64,000 nt of DNA from PVC group bacterium (GCA_024231215.1 JAAEQR010000142.1:36593-100592), one strand, 5' to 3'. Positions 46,422-57,467 are shown, counted from the first letter of the stretch. Notes: generated by a model not told the origin, from the sequence alone. A program made the numbers and translations.

Positions 46422-47950
46422 GCAATAAAAAACTTGTTCTTATCCGCCGAATATTGCAGACAGCTTTCTTATTGCTGTTTATCTATATTCTTTGGACTAC
46501 TACATATCCGCTTACCGGAAAAATTCCTTCTGCATTATTTTTTAACGCTGATCCGCTGATTATGATTACCACAGCTCTTAGTGAAAGACTCCTACTCCCG
46601 GGATTACTCGGGACTTTTCTGTTAATATTATTAACGTTTTTAGGGGGGAGATTCTTTTGCGGATGGATCTGTCCGTTAGGAACTGTTATTGATTTTTGCG
46701 GACGAATTAAAAGAAAAAAGCAGGTGCTAGAAGAAACAGAGAATAAAAAAGTCCGTCGAGTTAAATTCTATATTTTATCGGGAATACTTATAAGTGCTTT
46801 ATTCGGCATTCAGATCGCTTGGATAGTAGATCCGACTGTGATAATGGGAAGGTTTGTTTCACTTAATCTAATTCCCACGACTACACTAATTTTGGATAAG
46901 TTTTTTATTTTTATTCTGCAAACTATTGAGGGAAGGTATGAGCCTCTATTTGATTTCTATCGAGAAATGAAAGCGTCACTACTTGGAGTTAAAACTACTT
47001 ATTTTTCTCATTCAGGAATTGTCTTTGTCTTTTTTCTAATTATTACCTCCGCAGCATTTTTCATTTCCCGCTTATGGTGCAGAACGCTGTGTCCCCTGGG
47101 AGCTTTCTATGCGGTAATCGCTAAACATTCACGATTGCGCCGCGTCGTAGATAAGTGTGTTGACTGCGGCAAATGCCATACTAACTGCCGGATGGGAGCG
47201 ATAAAAAAAGATAATATTCATTATCTAAGCGATGAATGTATTTTATGTATGGATTGTATTTATGAGTGTCCTCCGAAATCAACCCGTTTTACCTTTAAGC
47301 AAGGGGATTTACAATCTAATACACATGCTTCGGGAATATCGAGAAGAAACTTCTTGATTTTTTTAAGCACCGCAACGCTTCCCCTTTTAGGGATGGGCCA
47401 AAAGAAACCATCTCTAAAAGATATAAACATTCGACATCCCCGCATTATTCGTCCACCCGCAGCATTAAAAGAAGAAGAGTTTCTAAACCGTTGCGTACGC
47501 TGTGGCAATTGCATGAAGGTATGCCCGACAAACGGATTACAACCGGTTATGGTTGAAGCCGGTTCTCGCAGTATATGGACCCCGCGGCTTGTTCCGGAAA
47601 TAGGTTATTGTGAATATAATTGCACCCAATGCAGCCAGGTATGCCCCACCGGAGCAATTAAACAATTACCTCTGGAACAAAAACAAAAGGTAAAACTAGG
47701 TATCGCAAAAATTGACCGGGAGATATGTCTGCCATGGAAAAAAAACAAAGAATGCATTGTTTGTGAAGAACATTGTCCTATCCCGGATAAAGCAATTAAA
47801 ATAAAAGAGGAACTTATAAATGGTAAAATAGTCTTGCGCCCGGAAATAGATGAAGATTTGTGTACCGGCTGCGCTATTTGCCAAACTAAATGCCCGGTAG
47901 AACCAAGAAGAGCCGTAAAAATTTCCCCGAAAAAAAGTGATAGGTTTTAA
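46418..47950 (+). CDS. Membrane-bound polyferredoxin (NapH/MauN/CcoG-like N-terminus plus multiple 4Fe-4S ferredoxin motifs)
   Basis: RFFCGWICPLGTVID is the NapH-type motif. At least four CxxCxxCxxxCP clusters: CVDCGKCHTNC, CILCMDCIYECP, CVRCGNCMKVCP, CTQCSQVCP and CTGCAICQTKCP. TM helices. ATGA overlap with the DUF362 gene. Confidence 0.8.
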   Translation: MSNKKLVLIRRILQTAFLLLFIYILWTTTYPLTGKIPSALFFNADPLIMITTALSERLLLPGLLGTFLLILLTFLGGRFFCGWICPLGTVIDFCGRIKRKKQVLEETENKKVRRVKFYILSGILISALFGIQIAWIVDPTVIMGRFVSLNLIPTTTLILDKFFIFILQTIEGRYEPLFDFYREMKASLLGVKTTYFSHSGIVFVFFLIITSAAFFISRLWCRTLCPLGAFYAVIAKHSRLRRVVDKCVDCGKCHTNCRMGAIKKDNIHYLSDECILCMDCIYECPPKSTRFTFKQGDLQSNTHASGISRRNFLIFLSTATLPLLGMGQKKPSLKDINIRHPRIIRPPAALKEEEFLNRCVRCGNCMKVCPTNGLQPVMVEAGSRSIWTPRLVPEIGYCEYNCTQCSQVCPTGAIKQLPLEQKQKVKLGIAKIDREICLPWKKNKECIVCEEHCPIPDKAIKIKEELINGKIVLRPEIDEDLCTGCAICQTKCPVEPRRAVKISPKKSDRF

Positions 47951-47969
47951 TAAGGAGAGGGGAAATAAC

Positions 47970-49058
47970 CTATTTCTTCACTGTCTCAATCAGCCACATC
48001 CCAACGATAAAAAAGATTATATTCGTAAGCCAGGCAGCCAGAATAGGCGGTAAAATACCAACCTTGCCCAGAGAAAGACTTATCGCATGAACTGTCCAAT
48101 AGCTAAAACTCACCACGATACTTATCGTAACTCCTAATAAAGTACTGGCATTTCTCTTCTGGGTTAGGGTAAAGGGCACAACAAAAAAGATAACAATAAC
48201 ATTCGCCATCGGGAAAGCAATCTTACTATAAAATTCAACCAACTCTTTACGAGCTTTAAATCCGTTACGTTGTAACCGCCGAATATATTTTTTTAAACGC
48301 CAGTATCCCATAAAACTAGGCTGGACATTAGCTCTTTTTATATCTTTAGGTTCTTCATCAATCACAATCACTTTTTCCGTATAATGTGTCGGAGCAGTGG
48401 ATAAAGCCCCATCTGCATATTCACTAATTATACAGTCATAAAAAATCCAATAACCTTCTACCCACTGAACTCTTTTAGCTACTATCTGTTTTGCCAGCTG
48501 ATTTTGAGTATTATTTTCAGATATGATTACATTATTCATCTGCTGACGTTTTGTATCATACCTATTGATAATAAAGATCCGGTTGTGAGAACCATAAAGA
48601 GTAATATCCTTCATTATCGTATTGGCTTCTTTTTTCGCGGTCGGCTTAAAATACGTCTCTTTAAGATTTATCGAGTGCAAATAGGACTCCGGTTTAACAA
48701 CCTCATTTACCGTAAAATTAAAAATGCCCATCAAGATACCAAACCCGACAAAAATACCGATAACACTCCATAAGTTCATACCGATCGCTTTTATTGCCAT
48801 TATTTCATTATGTTTATTTAAAGTACTCAGCGTATAAATAGAAGCCAATATAATTATAATCGGACTAATCTGAACAAAAATAAAAGGAGTAAGTGAAAGA
48901 TAATAATCACAAAGCACAAATAAGGGCACTTTAGCCTTTACAATCTCATCTAACTGTTCGAAAAGATCAATAATCCAGGAAAGTGAAATGAAAAGAATAA
49001 GACACCAGAAATATGGCTTTAAAAATTCACCAAGTATATATTTTTTTATAATCTTCAT
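47970..49058 (-). CDS. LPS export permease, LptF/LptG (YjgP/YjgQ) family
   Basis: Six-TM permease with a periplasmic beta-jellyroll insert. Tandem with a paralog. Confidence 0.75.
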   Translation of the reverse strand: MKIIKKYILGEFLKPYFWCLILFISLSWIIDLFEQLDEIVKAKVPLFVLCDYYLSLTPFIFVQISPIIIILASIYTLSTLNKHNEIMAIKAIGMNLWSVIGIFVGFGILMGIFNFTVNEVVKPESYLHSINLKETYFKPTAKKEANTIMKDITLYGSHNRIFIINRYDTKRQQMNNVIISENNTQNQLAKQIVAKRVQWVEGYWIFYDCIISEYADGALSTAPTHYTEKVIVIDEEPKDIKRANVQPSFMGYWRLKKYIRRLQRNGFKARKELVEFYSKIAFPMANVIVIFFVVPFTLTQKRNASTLLGVTISIVVSFSYWTVHAISLSLGKVGILPPILAAWLTNIIFFIVGMWLIETVKK

Positions 49059-49060
49059 AA

Positions 49061-50155
49061 TTAATCTTCAAGTACCTTGAAAGTCAGAAAAATACCAGCA
49101 ACCAACAATACTATATTTGGTAGCCATACACCAAGCACCGGATCCATTTTACCACGCAAAGCAAGGCTTTCACCCAAAGCCATAATTAAATAATACAACA
49201 AGCAGATAACCAAACTAAGGCCAAATCCTAAAGAACGTTCTCTGCGCTTGACCCGGATAGCCAAAGGCATACCGATTAAAACAAATGCCAGACTGCTAAA
49301 AGACAGGGAGAACTTCCGGTAAAGCCCTACTATCAAAGGCGTTACATCAACGTTGATTTTCTTCATCGCCTCGATCTCATTTTTTAGCTCATTGATCGTC
49401 ATATCCGATACTTTTTTATAAAGCTCTCGCATAGTTTGTTCTTCATTTAAATATAACGTGAGGTGATACTTTTTGAAATTAAATTTATAGAACTGTTCCG
49501 GATCTTCGAAATTTGGCTCATCTGCTGTACCATTTCTCAATTCTAATTTTAACGCGTTTTTTTCCGGAATAGGAATAAATGCACCTGATTGAGCTATGAT
49601 CGTCCGCGTCGGTTTATCACTATGCGGCTGGTAAATACGCACATCGTACATTGTATCATCGTGTATCTTATAAATAAAGATTATATGATTTTTAAATGCT
49701 TTAATGAATGACTTTTCTTCTAAATACGCAGTTGGTTTTTTTATACCGATTTCCTGTACTATATTACGCATTGTATAATGCGATTTAGGTATGAGCGAAT
49801 CATTAAAATAGAGACATAAGAGACTAAACATTATCCCAACACAAAGCAAACTAAAAATAATAGAGTACAAACTAATTCCGCTGGAACGCAAAGCCGTGAT
49901 CTCATTATCAAACGCCATGCGTCCAAAGGTTAAAAGTGTTGCCGTCAGAATAGAAATCGGTATCGAGAAAACAAGAAGCGAAGGCAAAAGGGAAAGAAAT
50001 AAACCAAAAACATCTTTAGGGGTTACACCTTTGGCAATAATCATTTCCGCCAACTTTACCAGATTGCCAACTACGAGTACAAAGCTGATCACAACTATCG
50101 ACAAAACTAAAAGCGAAAACCATTCTGAGAGTATATAATTTTTTATAATCTTCAT
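49061..50155 (-). CDS. LPS export permease, LptF/LptG (YjgP/YjgQ) family
   Basis: Paralog of the adjacent gene. MKIIKNYIL... The same N-terminus is shared by both. Confidence 0.75.
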   Translation of the reverse strand: MKIIKNYILSEWFSLLVLSIVVISFVLVVGNLVKLAEMIIAKGVTPKDVFGLFLSLLPSLLVFSIPISILTATLLTFGRMAFDNEITALRSSGISLYSIIFSLLCVGIMFSLLCLYFNDSLIPKSHYTMRNIVQEIGIKKPTAYLEEKSFIKAFKNHIIFIYKIHDDTMYDVRIYQPHSDKPTRTIIAQSGAFIPIPEKNALKLELRNGTADEPNFEDPEQFYKFNFKKYHLTLYLNEEQTMRELYKKVSDMTINELKNEIEAMKKINVDVTPLIVGLYRKFSLSFSSLAFVLIGMPLAIRVKRRERSLGFGLSLVICLLYYLIMALGESLALRGKMDPVLGVWLPNIVLLVAGIFLTFKVLED

Positions 50156-50158
50156 ATA

Positions 50159-50881
50159 TTATCTAGCCATAGTAACAACAGTAACCTTAGAAGCTCCTGC
50201 CTGTTTTAATGCTTCAGCACAAGCATTAGCGGTTGCTCCGGTTGTGAAAATATCGTCTATTAATAATACCGATTTCCCGGTAAATACCTGCGAATGTTTA
50301 CATCCGAATGCTTCCCGCATATTTTCAAAACGTTCAACTTTAGTCAATTCAAACTGAGACCGGGTATTTTTCACTCTTATTAGCGATTTAAAATCGAAGG
50401 GGGTTGTGGAAAACTCCGATGTTTTACGCGCAAAAAATTCCGCTTGATTAAAACCTCTTTCCAGACGCCTTTTTTTGTGCAACGGTACTGCGGTAATTAT
50501 ATCCATTTCCCTTATATTTAAATGAGCCTGAATAAACCGTGTCATTAAACTGCCAAGCTCTGTTGCTAATCTTACTTTGCGTTTATATTTGAGCATATGC
50601 AAACATTTTCTCAATGTACCTGTATAATTACAAACACTTAAGGCCCGATCAAAACTATATTGCTCCGGCCGACAAAAGTCACATCGACGATCATGAAACC
50701 CTTTAGACTTTCCGCAATAACGGCAAAAGGGAGCCAGGGTTAAGTTTATATTTGTAAAACATTCCCGGCACAAAGCCTCTTGAACTGAAAATATTCGTTT
50801 TTTACAAACAGGGCATACTGACGGAAATATAACATTTAATAAAGCAGCCAAATACCATTTTCCCGTGCTAAACAACTTCAT
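50159..50881 (-). CDS. comF: ComF family protein (phosphoribosyltransferase domain)
   Basis: N-terminal Zn-finger CPVCKK...CRECF. PRTase motif VLLIDDIFTTGATANA. Confidence 0.8.
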   Translation of the reverse strand: MKLFSTGKWYLAALLNVIFPSVCPVCKKRIFSVQEALCRECFTNINLTLAPFCRYCGKSKGFHDRRCDFCRPEQYSFDRALSVCNYTGTLRKCLHMLKYKRKVRLATELGSLMTRFIQAHLNIREMDIITAVPLHKKRRLERGFNQAEFFARKTSEFSTTPFDFKSLIRVKNTRSQFELTKVERFENMREAFGCKHSQVFTGKSVLLIDDIFTTGATANACAEALKQAGASKVTVVTMAR

Positions 50882-51044
50882 ATCACCCCAATCCGCAAGC
50901 CTTTACTATAACATAAAATGTGGGATTTTTCAAATAAGCTACTATATACAAACCCCGCGCTGGATAGCACAAAATAGCGCGGGGCAATAAAATAACTATC
51001 CGCCACAAAGCTTGGCGGATTTAAATTTACCTGTACAGATAAAT

Positions 51045-52202
51045 TTAAAAACTCGGCTCGATACAGAATGTTTTAAACTTACCTGATCTCTGAAACCCAC
51101 CAATTATAAACATCAGATTAGTCATATATTTCATCTTACACCAGGTAAAGAAATGCTTATGCGGCTTCATCAATGTGCAAACATGGAAAAAGTGATACGC
51201 ATAGAATACGGTTAATATTACACAAGAAATAGCTGTGATCAACAATCCGGCACCACCAATCCCCAGCGATAACAATATAGCACAGATAACCGTAATCAAC
51301 GCAGTAAGATTCATAAGATGAAAATTACCTATATATATGAATCCTTTTATCGGGAAAGGTATTTTAAGTATCGGCAGTTTCGGCCAAGCACCAAAGGTCT
51401 GAAAAATAAATTCCATATTATTTGCCGCGTGTTTAGCTAAAAGGGGAGCATGCGCTTTCCCATAAGTCATCCATACTTTTTTCAGTGCTGGAAAATCAGC
51501 CCGGTGCATATGATCTACTTTTGATTTAGGTTCAAAGTAGAGCTTCCAACCATGTGCTTGAATCTGCAAGCCAAATTCAATATCTTCGCCTGTGGGTTCA
51601 GCCCAGAAACTAGCCTTTGCCTGTTCAATTGCTTCTTTGCGATAAGCTGCATTAGCTGTAACAAAAAAATAAGCCCGATGTCCAGCGATCTGGGTGGGAG
51701 ATTTATCTGTTAGAGGAGGAAAATATCCGTCTTTGATTGTAAAGCCGTAGCGTGGTGCCACCATATTAAAACGAAAATGTTCACAATATAATTCCGTAAG
51801 ATTATTCGGGTCAACCCGCAAAGTATAAATTTCTCCACCAACAATTCCGATTTTAGGATCTTTATCAAAAACCGCTAACATATCGGTTATCCAACTCTCA
51901 CACGGAGCACAATCTCCATCGGTAAAAAATATAAAATCACCTTTTACTGCCCCCAGGGCTTTATTCCGGGCATAGCCAGGGGAGGGACAATTAGGAACCT
52001 CTACCAATTTAATAAAAGCATGCTTTTTCTGCCATTCCCGAATAACATCTAGGGTTTTATCAGTACTCCCGCCGTCAGAAATAACAAGCTCCATTTTATC
52101 CCGGGGATAATTAACATTCAGCAAATATTCAAAAGTCTTTTCTAATGTACGCTCTGCATTTCTAACCGGTATAATAATTGAAATAAACGGTGTGTTTGCC
52201 AC
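51045..52202 (-). CDS. Family 2 glycosyltransferase with C-terminal membrane helices
   Basis: ISIIIPVRNAERTLEKTFEYL...VISDGGSTDKT and a DxD region FFTDGDCAP. C-terminal TM segments. Confidence 0.8.
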   Translation of the reverse strand: MANTPFISIIIPVRNAERTLEKTFEYLLNVNYPRDKMELVISDGGSTDKTLDVIREWQKKHAFIKLVEVPNCPSPGYARNKALGAVKGDFIFFTDGDCAPCESWITDMLAVFDKDPKIGIVGGEIYTLRVDPNNLTELYCEHFRFNMVAPRYGFTIKDGYFPPLTDKSPTQIAGHRAYFFVTANAAYRKEAIEQAKASFWAEPTGEDIEFGLQIQAHGWKLYFEPKSKVDHMHRADFPALKKVWMTYGKAHAPLLAKHAANNMEFIFQTFGAWPKLPILKIPFPIKGFIYIGNFHLMNLTALITVICAILLSLGIGGAGLLITAISCVILTVFYAYHFFHVCTLMKPHKHFFTWCKMKYMTNLMFIIGGFQRSGKFKTFCIEPSF

Positions 52203-52341
52203 AATGCCCTCCTTTTGGTAATAAAAGCACTAAATAAGCCACTCCTTGCATTAAAAGTCCTATAACATGTTATAAAATTACATAAGATGATTTATTATAA
52301 ACATTCAGCGAAGTACTTGTCAAGCAGTAAAAATAAGCATA

Positions 52342-52370
52342 TTGACAGTATAAGTTTTTTATACTATAAT
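52342..52370 (+). promoter_or_regulatory. Consensus sigma70 promoter (TTGACA-17 nt-TATAAT)
   Basis: -35 TTGACA at 52342-52347, a 17-nt spacer, and -10 TATAAT at 52365-52370. It lies 33 nt upstream of the TonB-like gene. Confidence 0.6.
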
Positions 52371-52403
52371 ATGTTATCAGAGAAGGAGATGTAAAGATTA
52401 CGA

Positions 52404-53102
52404 ATGGAGTCAAAAAATAATATTTTCAAAACTACTTTTTTGATATCTTTAGCTTTCCACGCAATAATTTTATTTCCCTTGCCGGAATTCAAACAATCTG
52501 TGGCCGATAAAGATACTCCTTACAAAGTAAGTTATTTAAGCTTACCAATTCCACAAAAAATAATAAAAAATATCACCCCTTCAACTAAAAAAACGCGAAA
52601 AAAATCTTCTATAACTAAAAAGAAAAAAGTTGCATCTGCTAAATCTAAAACCAAAAAAACCGTTAAAAAGATCATAAGAAGAAAAGTTGCGCAGAGAAAA
52701 AAGAGACAAGGGACAAAAATACAAAACATTACAAAACCAACCGCGGTTGAAAAAAAGACAACACCTGAAATAACAACAAGTGAAAAAACACTAAACAACT
52801 CTTTGCGAGACAATAAATCATACGTTAATTATTATAAAATAATTAATCAGCAGCTAAGAGAATCCGTCATTTACCCTGAATATTTTTCTGAAGGAAAAGT
52901 CGCAGTATCATTTGTAGTTACCGCAGACGGTAATCTGCGAAGTATAGAAATTGAAGGTGATAATTCCGACCATGATACAGCACTCAGAGAAACAGCAGTT
53001 CAAATTGTTAAAAAAGCATCACCGTTTCCTCCTTTTCCAGAAACTCTGCGACGGATTCAACTCATGTTTAATGTTGTAATTTCCTTCCAGGAACAAGGCT
53101 GA
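52404..53102 (+). CDS. TonB-like energy transducer (TonB C-terminal domain)
   Basis: N-terminal TM segment, a Lys/Thr-rich linker, and a C-terminal TonB fold YPEYFSEGKVAVSFVVTADGNLRSIEI. Confidence 0.7.
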   Translation: MESKNNIFKTTFLISLAFHAIILFPLPEFKQSVADKDTPYKVSYLSLPIPQKIIKNITPSTKKTRKKSSITKKKKVASAKSKTKKTVKKIIRRKVAQRKKRQGTKIQNITKPTAVEKKTTPEITTSEKTLNNSLRDNKSYVNYYKIINQQLRESVIYPEYFSEGKVAVSFVVTADGNLRSIEIEGDNSDHDTALRETAVQIVKKASPFPPFPETLRRIQLMFNVVISFQEQG

Positions 53103-53130
53103 TACTTAACATATATACCTAAAGCAAACC

Positions 53131-53865
53131 ATGTACAAAAAAAGAATTTATCAAACTTCTGTTTATAATGACGATTTGATTCGTTTCCAAACGGATTACT
53201 ATGAAAGCAATCTATTTATATGCGCAAAAAATAATCTCCAAAAAGAAGCTTTAACCACTCTAAAACAGTATCATACGCAAATAACCAACCACATAGAAAA
53301 AAATCCGCTGTTTAAAGATACTTTGGAACCACTGCCGCCTGATAAAAACGCGCCGGCTATAATAAAGAAAATGTTAAGTGCCGCAAAAAAAGCAAATGTC
53401 GGCCCCATGGCTACCGTAGCCGGAGCAATTGCTGAATTTATCGGTAAGGATCTGCTTAACTTCAGTGACGAAATTATTGTCGAAAACGGAGGAGATATAT
53501 TCATTTGTGTTAAAAAAGATCGTAAAATAGGCATATTTTCCGGGATTAACAGCATCTATAACCAGCTCAGCCTAAAGATAACTGCGATTGATACACCCTG
53601 CGGAATATGTACTTCCAGTGGTAAACTAGGGCATTCATTAAGCTTTGGACAAAGCAAAGCAACCATTGTCTTAGCCAAATCAGCCGCAGTAGCTGACGGG
53701 TTTGCTACATCTATCGGAAATGTAATTCAAGAAGATGCCGATGTACCTAAAATCTTGAAAAATCTAAAAAAAAATAAAGCCATCCTAGGCGCTGTTATCA
53801 TAACTGAAAACCATTTTGGCGCATACGGTAAGGTTCAATTTGAGATCATTGACAAGCCTGTATAA
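53131..53865 (+). CDS. UPF0280/ApbE-like family protein (tentative)
   Basis: GPMATVAGAIAEFIGKDLL and VADGFATSIG are reminiscent of ApbE-like UPF0280 proteins. Confidence 0.4.
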   Translation: MYKKRIYQTSVYNDDLIRFQTDYYESNLFICAKNNLQKEALTTLKQYHTQITNHIEKNPLFKDTLEPLPPDKNAPAIIKKMLSAAKKANVGPMATVAGAIAEFIGKDLLNFSDEIIVENGGDIFICVKKDRKIGIFSGINSIYNQLSLKITAIDTPCGICTSSGKLGHSLSFGQSKATIVLAKSAAVADGFATSIGNVIQEDADVPKILKNLKKNKAILGAVIITENHFGAYGKVQFEIIDKPV

Positions 53866-53953
53866 CCTTGTTATAATAAAGACTACGAAAAATCCAAAAA
53901 ACGGGAAAAAACCAAAAGACGCAAAAACTAGCCAAAAATAGACGTAAACCAGT

Positions 53954-56545
53954 ATGAGATTTAAAAAATATTTCGTTTTGCTACTATGTAGCATTCTTTT
54001 TACTTTTTTAGCCTGCCATAGCAAGTATGCTCATGCCGAAACAATTAAAAAATATACCTTAGAAAACGGCATGGTTGTACTTATCCAGGAAAATCCAGAG
54101 CATAAACTCGTTGCCTTAGAAATGATTGTCAAAACCGGTAGTATTTTTGAAGGACAGTGGCAGGGAAGCGGAATTGCACATTTAGTTGAACATATGCTCT
54201 TTAAAGGTACGCCCACACGTCCCATCACCAAAATCGAAGAAGATCTACAGACTTTAGGCGGCTCAATTAATGGATATACTTCACATCAATTCACCGGATT
54301 CCCGATAATTGTTCCTTCCGGTAATTTCGACGAAGGACTTGATATCCTACAGGATATGATTAGAAATCCTCTTTTTGATAAAACTGAATTAGAAAAAGAA
54401 AAACAGGTTATTTTAAATGAAATACGATTAAATCAGGATGATCCGCAAAGATATCTCGTGAGAACTTTCTGGAACAATATGTATGAGACCGCTCCTTACA
54501 ACCTTCCGGTAATCGGATTAGAACCCTTATTTCTACAACTTGCAAAAGAAGATATCACCCTGTTCCATGAAAAATGGTATATACCTAATAATATGATCCT
54601 GTCAATCGCCGGCGATGTAGAAGCCGCGGTTATACTGGATAAAATAAAAAAAGTTTTTGCTGAATTTCAAATGCAGCCATATCCACAGATACTTGTTCCC
54701 GGAACAATCCGATTTCAATCGGAAAAAGAACATTATGAAGAATTGGACATAAATGTTTCTTATTTAATGCTCGGATTCCCCAGTGTTGATATAAATCACC
54801 CGGACTCAACCAGCTTAGACATAATCGCCGGAATTTTAGGACAGGGAGAAGGATCCCGGTTATATAAAAAATTACTTAAAGAACAATCGTTAGTCTACTC
54901 TGTAAACGCCTATAATTACACACCAAAATTCCCAGGAATATTTGCTGTGCAATGCGTGCTTGAGGAAGAAAATACATCTTCAGTCATTAATGCGTTATTT
55001 AAAGAAATAGAGTTACTAAAGAAAAAACCCTGTCCTGTTCTGGAACTTGAAAAAACAAAAAATATCTATCTAAGCGATTATTTATTTTCACGCCAGACAA
55101 TAGAATCTCAGGCTCAAACAGCCGGACAGGATCAGGCATATAGCAGCGATCCTTACTTTACTGAAAAATACCTCACTCGCATTACCGCAGTAACCTCTCA
55201 AGATGTACAGCGATGCGCAAAAAAATATTTTAATCCTAAAAATATGGTCAAAGTACTGTTAGGCCCTAAAGGAGAACCTACCAGTCCAAACAAAGCTCAA
55301 GTCACGTTACAAGGAGAAACAAAAAAAATAGTGTTACCTAATGGACTAACCCTCTTGCTTAAAGAAAACACTTCTCATCCCACAGTTTCGATGCAGGCAA
55401 TATTCGGAGGAGGAGTAAGAAACGAAAATGAAACTACTAATGGGTTATTTAATTTATTAAGTAGTATGCTAATACGTGGAACTAAACGTTACAATGCCGA
55501 AACACTTACCGCAACGGTTGAAGGGATGGGCGCAAGCCTTGCTCCTTTCAGTGGGTATAACAGCTTCGGGGTAAGTCTATCGGTATTGAGCAAGCATACT
55601 GATGCTGGGCTGGACATTTTAATTGACCTTATTTTGAACTCCACTTTTCCGGAAAAAGAACTGGAAATAGAACGACGGCTTGCACTCAAGGGTATTCAGA
55701 TTCAAAACGATGATATCTTTCAAAATACAATCAACCGATTACGCGAAACACTGTTTACTCAATATCCTTATCGTGTTACTACTTTAGGACAAACCGGTAG
55801 CGTTGAAAACATTAACCAAAAACAATTAACTGCAAATTATAAAAAATTCTGCGCCCCCAACAACTGTGTTTTGGCAATATTCGGGGATATTGATACAGAA
55901 AAAATAGAATCTTTAATTAGAAAAAAAACAAAAAATTGGAAAAAAACTACAATCGAACAAGTTGTATATCCGGAAGAACCTACTCTTAAAAACAGAAAGA
56001 TTATAGAAAATCAGCGTGATAAAAATCAGGCTGTGGTCATGATCGGATTCCCGGGACCCCATCTAGGAAATAACGAACGTTTTGGCTTAGAATTTTTAAA
56101 CCACATTCTCACAGCCTCCGGCTCAATTCTTTACGAACAAATCCGGGAAACACTAGGTTTAGCTTATACCTTAGGCGGAGGTATTGTTTCCGGACTTGAT
56201 ACGGGATATTTTTACATATATATAGCCACTGAACCAGAATCTACAGATTTGGTTATTTCTATTGTAGAAAAAGAAATCGAAAAGTTAAGAAACAGTCTCT
56301 TAGATAAAAACTTAATTAATAAAAACAAAACCGATATCATCGGAAAACAAAGAATTCGATTACAAACTAATTCAGCCATAAGCTTTATATCTGCGCTGAA
56401 TGAACTTTACGGGCTGGGATATAAACATCATGAAAAATTTGAAACAGTGATCAAATCACTCGATCAAACATATTTACAAACAATAGCGAAAAAGTATCTA
56501 AATATAAACAAAAGTGTAGTAGTAATAACAAAAAAAGAGTTCTAA
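53954..56545 (+). CDS. Secreted tandem (double-unit) M16 zinc peptidase
   Basis: Signal peptide. HLVEHMLFKGT is the HxxEH motif in unit 1. A second inactive-type M16 unit follows (about 430 aa each). Confidence 0.85.
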   Translation: MRFKKYFVLLLCSILFTFLACHSKYAHAETIKKYTLENGMVVLIQENPEHKLVALEMIVKTGSIFEGQWQGSGIAHLVEHMLFKGTPTRPITKIEEDLQTLGGSINGYTSHQFTGFPIIVPSGNFDEGLDILQDMIRNPLFDKTELEKEKQVILNEIRLNQDDPQRYLVRTFWNNMYETAPYNLPVIGLEPLFLQLAKEDITLFHEKWYIPNNMILSIAGDVEAAVILDKIKKVFAEFQMQPYPQILVPGTIRFQSEKEHYEELDINVSYLMLGFPSVDINHPDSTSLDIIAGILGQGEGSRLYKKLLKEQSLVYSVNAYNYTPKFPGIFAVQCVLEEENTSSVINALFKEIELLKKKPCPVLELEKTKNIYLSDYLFSRQTIESQAQTAGQDQAYSSDPYFTEKYLTRITAVTSQDVQRCAKKYFNPKNMVKVLLGPKGEPTSPNKAQVTLQGETKKIVLPNGLTLLLKENTSHPTVSMQAIFGGGVRNENETTNGLFNLLSSMLIRGTKRYNAETLTATVEGMGASLAPFSGYNSFGVSLSVLSKHTDAGLDILIDLILNSTFPEKELEIERRLALKGIQIQNDDIFQNTINRLRETLFTQYPYRVTTLGQTGSVENINQKQLTANYKKFCAPNNCVLAIFGDIDTEKIESLIRKKTKNWKKTTIEQVVYPEEPTLKNRKIIENQRDKNQAVVMIGFPGPHLGNNERFGLEFLNHILTASGSILYEQIRETLGLAYTLGGGIVSGLDTGYFYIYIATEPESTDLVISIVEKEIEKLRNSLLDKNLINKNKTDIIGKQRIRLQTNSAISFISALNELYGLGYKHHEKFETVIKSLDQTYLQTIAKKYLNINKSVVVITKKEF

Positions 56546-57465
56546 TGTTAAATTTATCAACGTCCTGGAACGCATCCAGCCATAAAAGCGGATATACGAT
56601 CATCGAAGAAATTAAAAAAGCGGGATTTACTGCAGTTGAGTTAAGTTTTCATATTTCGCAAATAACACTGAAAGAAATTCTGGAATTAAAAGAAAAAGAG
56701 GACATCCGAATTAATAGTGTCCACAATTTCTGTCCGGTTCCAGATGAATACAAAAACATAAAATTCACACCGGATTACTTTTCTTTAGCAAGCGATGATG
56801 AAAAACAACGACAAAAAGCCGTAAAATTAACCTTGCAATCTATACATACAACTAAAAAAACCGGCGCCAGAGCACTGGTAATTCATGCCGGCCGAGTAGA
56901 AATGGAACAAAAAACCAAGGAATTAATCAAACTTTATAACAAAGACGGGAAAGATACAGAAGAATATATCCAACTCATCGAACAAATAAAAACTGAACGC
57001 AAGAATAAAGCTGGGAAACATTTCAAAGCAATTATTCACAGTTTGGAAACATTGTTAATTGAAGCAGATAAAATAGATATTGATCTCTGCCTGGAAAACA
57101 GATATTATTACCGGGAAATCCCATCCCTGGAAGAATTTGATAGAATTTTCGACCATTTCTCAAACCACAAGCATTTATTCTATTGGCACGATGTAGGCCA
57201 TGCTCAGGTAGCAGATAACCTCGGGCTTGCTTCTCACGCAGAATTTTTAAAACGCTATGGTGATAAGATGTATGGGATTCATCTGCACGACGTAACAGGA
57301 GCTAAAGACCATCAAGCTCCCGGACAGGGAAAATATGATTTCAATCTATTAAAACCATATTTAAAAAAAGATGATATAATAAAAGTTATTGAAGTTCACC
57401 AGCCTACAAGCACCAAACAACTTATATCCGGAGCTTCTTATCTGAAAAATATAGGAATTGTGTAA
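56545..57465 (+). CDS. Sugar phosphate isomerase/epimerase (xylose isomerase-like TIM barrel)
   Basis: AP-endonuclease-2/xylose-isomerase-like pattern: VELSFH, LVIHAG, LCLEN and HLHD. Confidence 0.55.
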   Translation: MLNLSTSWNASSHKSGYTIIEEIKKAGFTAVELSFHISQITLKEILELKEKEDIRINSVHNFCPVPDEYKNIKFTPDYFSLASDDEKQRQKAVKLTLQSIHTTKKTGARALVIHAGRVEMEQKTKELIKLYNKDGKDTEEYIQLIEQIKTERKNKAGKHFKAIIHSLETLLIEADKIDIDLCLENRYYYREIPSLEEFDRIFDHFSNHKHLFYWHDVGHAQVADNLGLASHAEFLKRYGDKMYGIHLHDVTGAKDHQAPGQGKYDFNLLKPYLKKDDIIKVIEVHQPTSTKQLISGASYLKNIGIV

Positions 57466-57467
57466 AA

